This document shows, in pieces, positions 19,167 to 27,476 of a stretch of DNA of 64,000 nucleotides. The DNA is from Paludibacter sp. (GTDB taxonomy: Bacteria; Bacteroidota; Bacteroidia; Bacteroidales; Paludibacteraceae), in the NCBI GenBank assembly GCA_037142715.1, contig JBAXAD010000003.1, forward strand, positions 738 to 64,737, written 5' to 3'. A program made the position numbers and the translations under genes. The notes below the pieces were generated by a model. The model did no database searches. It worked only from the letters and a program-made list of their open reading frames with translations, and had not been told where the DNA came from. Within the stretch, counting starts at the first letter, position 1, and the number at the start of each line of letters is the position of its first letter.

Positions 19167-20285
19167 TTAATTAGGTGTCCATTTTAATGAAATGTTCGAA
19201 AAACTTGAAACATTTGCAGGGGCTTGGGTTTGTGCTACAGCTCCTTTTGTAAAATTGAAGTAAGAAAAATTTCCTGTACCATTTCTATCTGTTAATTCCA
19301 TGCAGATTCGGTATGTTCCATCCTCTACTATTGCCCCACTCACATTTGTACCATTCCAAGAACATGTGCGCGTAGCATAAATCGATTGTGTAGCACCTGT
19401 TGTAGCATTGGTTGTGTTTCCGGTTGAATTATAAATCCAGTAGGTCAAATCTGCTTTTCGTGCAGCAGCGAATACAAGCAATGATTTGACAAATACTCCC
19501 GAATTATTTTCTATCCAAAAAGCTAGTACATGGTTGGGTGCATAATTTCCTCCAGCAGTGCTAGTTGCTGTACTTATTGTAAAAGTACCTGCTGTTTTAG
19601 GCGGAACTGCAGTAGTTGTCATCGTAATTTCATTGCCATAAGTTGTTCCAATCAAATTTGTGGCATAAGCCCTTAAATAATAAGTGGTTGTGGCCGTAAG
19701 TCCGGTAACGCTACTGATATAAGTTCCAATTGTTGTTCCTTCAGAAGTTTTGCTATTGGTAATGGTTGGATTTGTTGTAGTACTCCAGCAAACTCCTTTT
19801 GCAGTTAATGTTGAACCTCCATCACTTGTTATATTTCCGCCAGATGTTGCGGTGGTTGCAGCAATATTAGTTGTTGCAGAAGTTGTCAAAACCGGAGCAG
19901 TAGCCTGCAAAGTGGTAAATGTAAACTCCTCACCATAGGAAGTTCCTTCGCTGTTTGTTGCATAAGCACGTACATGATAAGTTGTGCTTGCCTTTAATCC
20001 GGTTAACGAACTTGTAAATATTCCCGAGCCTGATGAATTTGATGTTTTAGAATTGTTAATTGTAGGATTGGCGGCTGTATTCCAGCAAACGCCACGTTCT
20101 GTTATACTTGCACCACCGTCTGAACTTATGTTTCCACCCGAAGTTGCAGTTCCTGAAGCTATTTCAGTAACAGCAGTAGTGGTTAACACAGGAGCTAGTT
20201 TTGTACTTGTGCATGCTGCAAAAACTAAAACAGCAATTACGAATGATACGGTTTTTAGAATTGAAAATCTACTGTTTTTTTTCAT
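19167..20285 (-). CDS. Lipoprotein with two fibronectin-III-like repeats and a C-terminal DUF2271-like domain
   Basis: Lipobox VFAAC, two ~95-aa repeats (APVLTT...YxxRAYATN..GT.YG), then PNHVLAFWIENNSGVFVKSL...WNGT...DGTY. Confidence 0.72.
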   Translation of the reverse strand: MKKNSRFSILKTVSFVIAVLVFAACTSTKLAPVLTTTAVTEIASGTATSGGNISSDGGASITERGVCWNTAANPTINNSKTSNSSGSGIFTSSLTGLKASTTYHVRAYATNSEGTSYGEEFTFTTLQATAPVLTTSATTNIAATTATSGGNITSDGGSTLTAKGVCWSTTTNPTITNSKTSEGTTIGTYISSVTGLTATTTYYLRAYATNLIGTTYGNEITMTTTAVPPKTAGTFTISTATSTAGGNYAPNHVLAFWIENNSGVFVKSLLVFAAARKADLTYWIYNSTGNTTNATTGATQSIYATRTCSWNGTNVSGAIVEDGTYRICMELTDRNGTGNFSYFNFTKGAVAQTQAPANVSSFSNISLKWTPN

Positions 20286-20374
20286 ACTGTTTATTTGTTT
20301 TGTGATTGATTGAAGAATAAAAAACTAGTAAATCTATTTCATCAACTCAGGTTTTAATAACGTGTTTAATAATT

Positions 20375-20917
20375 CTATAATGGCATCCAATTGGAAGTGA
20401 TATTCGTGAAATTAGCTCCATTTGCTGGTGTAATGGTTTGATTAGCTGTACCTTTCACAAAAGTGAACGAGGTGTTTGGGCCAGCTCCCGAATTTTCTGT
20501 CATTTCCATCCAAACTTTGTAGGTACCGTCAGCCACTACTTTTTTATTGATATCGGTTCCATTCCAAGTTGCATAAATGGTGCCATGACCATCGCGGGTA
20601 GCTCCTGTAATGGCGTCTGTTTTATTGGAACTAGAAACCGATCTCCATTTGATCAAATCGCTAACTCGCACAGCAGCTTTTACATAAAGCGTTTTTACAA
20701 ACTTATCTGAATTGTCAGTCACCCAGATGGCTACAACATTTTTTGGAGCATATTGACCACCAGACGAGCTAGTTGTGGCAGAAATCAGAAGGCCTGATGT
20801 AACAGTCGGTACTGCATCTGATGAAGTAACTGCGGCAGTTGTACAACCAAAACCGACAAATGATATTATAGCTAGTAGCAATGAAAAACCAATTAAATTC
20901 TTTCTTTTTTGACTCAT
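20375..20917 (-). CDS. DUF2271-like lipoprotein
   Basis: Lipobox GFGC, then PKNVVAIWVTDNSDKFVKTL...DAITGAT...WNGTD...DGTYKVWME. Paralogous to the C-terminus of the downstream gene. Confidence 0.75.
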   Translation of the reverse strand: MSQKRKNLIGFSLLLAIISFVGFGCTTAAVTSSDAVPTVTSGLLISATTSSSGGQYAPKNVVAIWVTDNSDKFVKTLYVKAAVRVSDLIKWRSVSSSNKTDAITGATRDGHGTIYATWNGTDINKKVVADGTYKVWMEMTENSGAGPNTSFTFVKGTANQTITPANGANFTNITSNWMPL

Positions 20918-21011
20918 ATTTTTTTGTGTTGATTATAAATATGAAAACTAAACGATAAGGAATTTGAAAAGTTGTTTAACTCAGGTGTCTAAAATGTTGA
21001 TTTAACTAAGT

Positions 21012-22160
21012 TTATTGTCTAATGGTTACAAATAAAAGTTTCCTTAACGGCGTCCAGGTTTTAATATATTTCTTCACAAATTCGTCTTCGTTTTCAAGCT
21101 TTGACTTTAAATTTTCAATAGCGGTTTTCATTTCTTTCATCGAATTATTCATTTCTGAATTATTGGAATAAATTCCTTTTAAGATATTTTCGGCCGATTC
21201 CATATTCTGTCGGGATGTTGCCAGCATCGCTGTAATTTTTTCATCCTTCAAGCTCATATTTTCAAATTGTTTGTTTTTTGAAAGAATATAAAAGTTGAAA
21301 TCCGCCACGCTTTTATTGAATAAATCTTGTGAATTCTGCATCATTACAACCAATTTATTGTATTTAAAATTCTCAATACTCTTTTGATTATAAGTAAATT
21401 GAGCTTCAATCAACGGATTTGTTATCCCACAATGAAAGATGCGACGATTCTCCCGAACCATTTTATCCAATGGATTTAATTTTTCAAGAAGAGCGATTGA
21501 GTCATTGAAATTAAAGTTTGATGCCATTTGCAATTTCGAGAAATCACTTTTCTCAAAATCTGAATTCGAGATGGGATTGTTGAAAAACTGCCAAATTGGG
21601 TCGAAAGGAATGTGCGTTTTGATAAATACTGCCGGTTTTATCATAAAGAATTCATCTCTAAATGAATGCACATATTTTCCAGCATCAAGATATCCGGCAG
21701 CCCAAGTTATGTCAATACAGTAAAACTGCTTATCGATTTTCACGGCATTCCAAGCGTGACTAATATTTGCCATTTTTCCATCCTGTTTTGTATAACCATT
21801 AATTACATACGATTGAACACCAACGGATTGACAGCATGAGTGAAACAATTGGGCATAATTGGCACAAACTCCTTTTCGGTTTTTCAAAACATCATCCACC
21901 AGTTCTTGCGAATTAAAATAAGTGGAATTTGAATTCAGCTTAGCCAAATCGTATTTGATATTATGGGCAATCCAAATATAAATGGCTCGTGCTTTTTCGG
22001 TGGGCGAAGTGATGTTTTGAGTCAGATATTTTGCAATTTCTTCTGCGGTTTTTAGGTTACTGGGAACGGTTTTGGATTGGTTGTCAATTTTGCTGAAATC
22101 TTTACCGTAAATTATACTGATATTGAGAAGTATAAGTGAAATAAGAATGAATTTTTTCAT
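21012..22160 (-). CDS. Secreted transglutaminase-like (papain-fold) protein
   Basis: Signal peptide and Cys-His-Asp triad motifs GVCANYA, HAWNAV, IDITW. Confidence 0.82.
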   Translation of the reverse strand: MKKFILISLILLNISIIYGKDFSKIDNQSKTVPSNLKTAEEIAKYLTQNITSPTEKARAIYIWIAHNIKYDLAKLNSNSTYFNSQELVDDVLKNRKGVCANYAQLFHSCCQSVGVQSYVINGYTKQDGKMANISHAWNAVKIDKQFYCIDITWAAGYLDAGKYVHSFRDEFFMIKPAVFIKTHIPFDPIWQFFNNPISNSDFEKSDFSKLQMASNFNFNDSIALLEKLNPLDKMVRENRRIFHCGITNPLIEAQFTYNQKSIENFKYNKLVVMMQNSQDLFNKSVADFNFYILSKNKQFENMSLKDEKITAMLATSRQNMESAENILKGIYSNNSEMNNSMKEMKTAIENLKSKLENEDEFVKKYIKTWTPLRKLLFVTIRQ

Positions 22161-22275
22161 TGCAAAGTTGGTTTTACTTTATTATAAATCATATAACGGC
22201 AAAAGTAGAAAAAAAGCGCATTTGATTCTAATTATTAGAATCAAATACGCTTAAATAATGGTTCAATTTATAGTT

Positions 22276-23383
22276 TTAATCAGGAAATTCCATCAAATAC
22301 GCTTTGATAAAAGCATCGATATCGCCATCCATAACTGCCTGAACATTTGAAGTTTGGTAGTTGGTTCGGTGGTCTTTCACGCGGCGGTCGTCAAACACGT
22401 AACTACGAATTTGCGAACCCCATTCAATTTTCTTCTTGCCAGCTTCCACCTTTGCAGATGCAACGCGCCGTTTGGCAAGTTCCATGTCGTAAAGCATTGA
22501 TTTCAAGAGTCGCATCGCATTGTCTTTGTTGCCAAACTGCGAGCGGCTTTCGGTATTTTCAATCGCTATTTCCTTCATTTCGCCTGTTTCCTCGTCGCGG
22601 TATTTGTAATGCACCCGCACACCGGTTTCCACCTTGTTCACATTCTGTCCACCTGCACCCGACGAGCGGAAAGTGTCCCAGGTAATATCGGCCGGATTGA
22701 TGTTGATTTCAATGGTGTCATCCACCAATGGCACCACATAAACAGAAGTAAATGAGGTCATACGCTTGCCTTGTGCGTTAAACGGAGAAACCCGCACCAA
22801 ACGATGCACACCGTTTTCGCTCTTGAGGTAACCATAGGCCATTTCGCCTTCAATTTGCATGGTAACTGATTTGATACCAGCTTCTTCACCTTCCTGAATG
22901 TTGGTAATTTCGCACTTGTAGCCTTGTCGTTCGCACCAACGTTGGTACATTCTGAACAGCATCTGCGCCCAATCTTGCGCTTCGGTACCACCGGCACCGC
23001 CCACAATTTTAATAACCGCCCCCAACTTGTCCTCTTCGTGCGAAAGCATGTTCTTCATTTCCAGCGTTTCCACCAATTCCATGGCCAGTCGGTAAGCTTC
23101 GTCCACTTCCTCTTCGGTCATGGCTTCCTCGCGGTAAAAATCGTAAGTCAGTTGGAGTTCATCAACGGCAGTTTTCACTTCATTGTATCCAATCACCCAG
23201 TTTTTCAGTTCTCTCACTTTACGCATTTGGATTTCAGCCGCTTTTGCATCGTCCCAAAAACCAGGCACTTGCGTGCGTAACTCTTCTTCTTCTATCTGTA
23301 TAAGCTTCGTGTCCACGTCAAAGGTACCTCCTCAGTGCATCCTCGCGCTCCAACACATTTTTCAGTTGGTCTATCGTTATCAT
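22276..23383 (-). CDS. prfB: Peptide chain release factor 2, with programmed +1 frameshift
   Basis: ORF1 is MITIDQLKNVLEREDALRRYL then TGA (ATG at 23383). The +1 frame continues DVDTKLIQ... with the SPF and GGQ motifs. Confidence 0.96.
23317..23332 (-). other. prfB frameshift signal: internal SD AGGAGG, TAC, slippery CTT TGA C
   Basis: Minus strand reads AGG AGG TAC CTT TGA C. Confidence 0.95.
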
Positions 23384-23390
23384 TTTTTGT

Positions 23391-23425
23391 TGTCTAATGT
23401 CTAAAGTCAAAGGACCAAAGACTTT
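23391..23425. repeat. Heptamer tandem block (family D)
   Basis: TGTCTAA-TGTCTAA-AGTCAAA-GGACCAA-AGACTTT between the prfB start and the rhuM stop. Confidence 0.65.
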
Positions 23426-23447
23426 GGTTTAATTCTATTGTTTGTAA

Positions 23448-24464
23448 TTATTTTATTTTCAGACTTTTAATATCTTCTTCAATTTCTTTTAAGCTTAGCT
23501 CTCTTTCAATTTCTTGTTGTACAACTTTGTATTTTTGAAATTCATCATTCGATTTTTCCAAGGCTTTATCGTGGCTTATTTTTCCGGCATGGTCTAGTAA
23601 TTCTCTTCCGTTCAATTGAAGAATTGCATCCAACCTTTGCACCCAATCCGCCATGTACATCGGTGTTTGCTGCTGTGCCATTGTCTCGGCAAAAGCCAAA
23701 TACTGTTCTACCAATAAACCGAGCAACTTAATTTCATCTTCTTTTAGATAGTTTTTAGCAATGCTGATATCTGCTTTCTTTACTGACAATGAGCTTTTTT
23801 TGTCATAGGATTGCATTCCCATTAATGGCAGCGAGGCATCTACTCTTCGATAAACCAATTCGGCAGCAGTTTGTTTACTTATTGCCCATAACAGTTTGTT
23901 TTGTATTACTTTGAAGAATCCAATCGTCCTTTCATCTTTTGCATCATAATCAATGCTAGTTGTATAAATATCTTTAATTTTTTGGTAGAAAAACCGCTCC
24001 GAAATTCTAATTTCACGAATGCGCTCTTGCAATTCGATAAAATAATTCATCGAATTGCCCGATTTAAAACGGTCGTCGTTCAACGTAAAGCCTTTGATAA
24101 TGTATTCTTTAAGCCTTTGCGTAGCCCAAATACGAAATTTTGTGCCTTGCTGTGATTTAACACGATAACCTACCGATATAATTACATCGAGATTGTAAGC
24201 ATTTACTTCGATTTCTTGTGTCTTACCTGCTATAGCACCGTGTTGAGTGGTTGTTCGGAATTTCCGAACAACCACTTTTTCCTCAAGTTCTCCTTCTTCA
24301 AACACATTTTTAATGTGTTCACTAACAGTTGCTTTCGATTTCTGAAATAATTCACAGAGTTGACTTTGACTCAGCCAAACGCTTTCTTCTTCGAGTTTAA
24401 CATCAATTTTAATGCTACCTTCGGGGTTTTGATAAATGAGAATTTCGGAATTTGGTTCGGTCAT
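23448..24464 (-). CDS. rhuM: Virulence RhuM family protein
   Basis: VWLSQSQLCELF, YNLDVIISVGYRVKS, ERIREIRISERFFYQKIKDIY and QNKLLWA motifs. Confidence 0.88.
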   Translation of the reverse strand: MTEPNSEILIYQNPEGSIKIDVKLEEESVWLSQSQLCELFQKSKATVSEHIKNVFEEGELEEKVVVRKFRTTTQHGAIAGKTQEIEVNAYNLDVIISVGYRVKSQQGTKFRIWATQRLKEYIIKGFTLNDDRFKSGNSMNYFIELQERIREIRISERFFYQKIKDIYTTSIDYDAKDERTIGFFKVIQNKLLWAISKQTAAELVYRRVDASLPLMGMQSYDKKSSLSVKKADISIAKNYLKEDEIKLLGLLVEQYLAFAETMAQQQTPMYMADWVQRLDAILQLNGRELLDHAGKISHDKALEKSNDEFQKYKVVQQEIERELSLKEIEEDIKSLKIK

Positions 24465-24510
24465 AAAGGACTTTAATTTTATATTGTCAGGTTGTGTTTA
24501 TATCATCAAT

Positions 24511-24540
24511 GCGTCAAACCGCAAAAAATCGGTTGGACGC
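24511..24540. repeat. Isolated REP-A hairpin copy
   Basis: GCGTCAAACCGCAAAAAATCGGTTGGACGC, nearly identical to the hairpins flanking the RAYT gene 6 kb away. Confidence 0.85.
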
Positions 24541-24550
24541 TTGGGGTTCG

Positions 24551-25156
24551 CTAAAAAAAGATGCAAGGCAGAAATATCGCAAAAAAGCCAACCAAAAAAC
24601 CTGCAAAAACCTGACCTGGGGTGTGTGCTCTAAGTCCAATGCGTGATATGGCTACCAATGCAGAGATAGTGATAATTAACACCAAAAACCACAATGGATT
24701 AATGGCTACGCGATAGCAAACACCAAAAATGGCACCGGTTAAGCCTCCAATTCCAGCCAAGTGAGCACTAATTTTCCATTTTAGGTTGATTAATATAATG
24801 ATAAAAATGGATACTGCAGAACCAATGCCCATGCTGACAATAAACATCGGAAATTGCATGGTGCGCCACAAAAATAGCGACCAGAAGAAATACGCCATAA
24901 ACGAAAAAAGATACGGCATGGTGCGCTCCTCACGTCTGGAAATAAATAAATCGTGTAGCTCACCTCGGCGCAACATTAGCAAAATTGGAACTGCAGGAAG
25001 CAAAGCCGTGAACAAGAAGGTTCCACCAATAGCAATCCAACGCCAATAGCTTGGAAGTGAAGAAAATACATCCATGTTCATCAACAACAACATACCAAAA
25101 GTTGGCATCAAAAGTGGCTGAAAAACCAGGGAAATTATTTTATAAAATGTTCTCAT
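24551..25156 (-). CDS. Conserved multi-pass membrane protein (PAP2-like C-terminus) downstream of rpoN
   Basis: About six hydrophobic segments with WKISAH and SRIGLRAHT motifs. Usual Bacteroidota neighbour of rpoN. Confidence 0.75.
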   Translation of the reverse strand: MRTFYKIISLVFQPLLMPTFGMLLLMNMDVFSSLPSYWRWIAIGGTFLFTALLPAVPILLMLRRGELHDLFISRREERTMPYLFSFMAYFFWSLFLWRTMQFPMFIVSMGIGSAVSIFIIILINLKWKISAHLAGIGGLTGAIFGVCYRVAINPLWFLVLIITISALVAISRIGLRAHTPGQVFAGFLVGFFAIFLPCIFF

Positions 25157-25167
25157 GTTTTTTTTTA

Positions 25168-25282
25168 TGTCTAAGGTCTAAAGTCAAAGGTCAAAGGTCT
25201 CCAGACTCCAGTCTACGGTCTCCAGACTTATACTATTGTTAACTAATAACCGCTCACTGTTGACTGCTAACTGTCAACTGAA
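25168..25282. repeat. Heptamer tandem blocks (family D plus a second ACTG-type heptamer)
   Basis: TGTCTAA-GGTCTAA-AGTCAAA-GGTCAAA-GGTCTCC-AGACTCC-AGTCTAC-GGTCTCC-AGACTTA (25168-25230) and CACTGTT-GACTGCT-AACTGTC-AACTGAA (25255-25282). Confidence 0.72.
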
Positions 25283-26734
25283 TTAAACTTCTCTCCGCAT
25301 TCTAGCCACCGGAATACTTAATTGTTCACGGTATTTCGCTATGGTTCTTCTGGCAATAATGTAACCTTTGGTTTTGAGTACAAGCACTAATGCTTCGTCG
25401 GTAATTGGTTTCTGTTTGTCCTCATTATTTATGCATTCGGTTAGGATTTGCTTAATTTCTCGAGTCGAAACTTCTTCGCCAGAGTCGTTGGTCATCGATT
25501 CTGAGAAGAAATATTTTACAGGAAAAATGCCAAATTCAGTTTGTATATATTTGCTGTTGCTCACTCTAGAAATGGTAGAAATATCATAGCCGGTTATGTC
25601 GGCTATATCCTTCAATATCATAGGTTTCAAGTAAGTATCATCGCCTTCGATAAAAAATGCTTTCTGAAAATTCACGATGCACATCATGGTGGTGAGCAAA
25701 GTGTTTTGTCGCTGTTTGATGGCATCAATAAACCAGCGTGCCGAATCAATTTTTTGTTTCACAAACATTACCGCGTCTTTCATTTCGCGACTCTGATTTT
25801 GCTTGTTCCCAGCAAAATCCTGAAACATTTCGTTGTAGGTGGTATTCACCCGCAATTCAGGTATATTGCTGTTATTGAGGTGTACAGTAAGGTGATTCTC
25901 ATCGTTTTCCAAAATAAAATCGGGCACAATGGTGGACATTGATTTCTCCAAAATATTGCCACCCCACGCATTTCCTGGTTTAGGATTGAGACGAATAATT
26001 TCAGTCAACACTTTTTTTAGCATTTCATCATCCATATCCAAACTAAGCTTGATTTTGTCGTAGTGCTTTTTGGAAAAATCATCAAAGTATTCGTTTATCA
26101 ATCGTCTAGCCAATAAAACAGAAGGTGTTGGATCTCTGCGTTCAAGCTGCAGTTTTAGCGATTCTTGCAGATTGCATGCACCCACTCCGGCTGGATCCAA
26201 TTGCTGCACCAAATTGATAATGCGCATCATTTCCGCATCGGTGGTTTGCACACCTGCCTGAAAAACGATGTCGTCCACCATGGCTTCTGGCATCCGTCTG
26301 AGATAACCTTCGTCATCTATATTCCCAATCACATATTCAGTCAGTAGTCGTTCTTTTTCAGTTAGTTGCAACAGACCAATCTGGTCAATTAAGTATTCGT
26401 GAAAGGTCATTCCTACCGAAAAAGGAATGTCTTCATGTTTATCGTCTTTTGAAGTATTATTGGCTTTCAGCTTGTAATCTGGGATGTCGTCGTCGGCCAT
26501 ATATTCGTCAAAATCTACATCGTCGTTGTTGCCGCCATCATCCAAACTAAATTCATCTTCGTCGTCATTTTCTTTGTCAGCATCTGCGCCCTCCTCCAGT
26601 GCTGGGTTTTCTTCCAATTCTTGCCGGATGCGCTCCTCTAGCTCCAAAGTAGGTACTTCGAGCATTTTAATGACCTGAATTTGAGCAGGCGACAGTTTCT
26701 GTTGTAACTTTTGTTGTAATTGTTGCTTTAACAT
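25283..26734 (-). CDS. rpoN: RNA polymerase sigma-54 factor
   Basis: Gln/Leu-rich region I, PMILKDIAD...STISRVSNSKY and RpoN box ARRTIAKYRE. Confidence 0.97.
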   Translation of the reverse strand: MLKQQLQQKLQQKLSPAQIQVIKMLEVPTLELEERIRQELEENPALEEGADADKENDDEDEFSLDDGGNNDDVDFDEYMADDDIPDYKLKANNTSKDDKHEDIPFSVGMTFHEYLIDQIGLLQLTEKERLLTEYVIGNIDDEGYLRRMPEAMVDDIVFQAGVQTTDAEMMRIINLVQQLDPAGVGACNLQESLKLQLERRDPTPSVLLARRLINEYFDDFSKKHYDKIKLSLDMDDEMLKKVLTEIIRLNPKPGNAWGGNILEKSMSTIVPDFILENDENHLTVHLNNSNIPELRVNTTYNEMFQDFAGNKQNQSREMKDAVMFVKQKIDSARWFIDAIKQRQNTLLTTMMCIVNFQKAFFIEGDDTYLKPMILKDIADITGYDISTISRVSNSKYIQTEFGIFPVKYFFSESMTNDSGEEVSTREIKQILTECINNEDKQKPITDEALVLVLKTKGYIIARRTIAKYREQLSIPVARMRREV

Positions 26735-26782
26735 AAACAGGTTTGGCGCAATGAATCAGCGTTTACTTCATTCAAATGACCA

Positions 26783-26790
26783 CAAAGATA
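26783..26790 (-). promoter_or_regulatory. Sigma-A -7 element for rpoN
   Basis: TATCTTTG on the minus strand, 49 nt upstream of the ATG. Confidence 0.55.
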
Positions 26791-27476
26791 ATGTAATTTT
26801 TGAAAATAAGACCTAGAATGATTTTTGTTGAAATTATATATGGGAAGTTCAAAAATATAATATATAGCAACATTTAATCGAAATACTGTAACATTATGCC
26901 AGCAATGTAAGTAGTAATAATTCTAGCAGAGCATGTAAATTATTTTATTTGTTTCAAACAAATTACTACTTAAAAAATGGGGTTATATTCATAATTTAAT
27001 TCTAAAATGCTCATTTTATTATATTGAAAATCAATATATTAAGTGCTTCAATATTTTTTTTATGTTGTTTTTATTGGCGAACAAAAATTATTTCGTATTT
27101 TAGCATCTTGTATTGTAAGTTATAGTGATTTAATTTAGGTTTTTTCGCTTCAAAAAGGTCTAGAATTAAATGAAATTTGTAGTCTATAACTGACATCATC
27201 TCCTTGCTGTAAAATGCTTTTTCATAGAACGAAAATTTCTTGTAAAATAAACACTTTAGAGCCTGCATAGTATTTATTTTTGTGCTAAGTAAAGCCATAA
27301 ATTCTTGCGATATGGCTTGTCTGATTTTTGGTTTTCTTTGAATCAATAAATATGAATTTTATATATTTCAATCAGATTGTTAGCTAATTTTGAAATTGTA
27401 GCTCAGAAGTAAAAAACACCTTTGCCTGTCAAACAGTTGATTTTCCAAGACTAAATGTTATTCTTAAAAAAAACAT

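Noticed and set aside
27071-27346. 91-aa minus-strand ORF as a real gene
   Set aside because: TTG start, no recognisable motif, in AT-rich DNA; not supportable without expression data.
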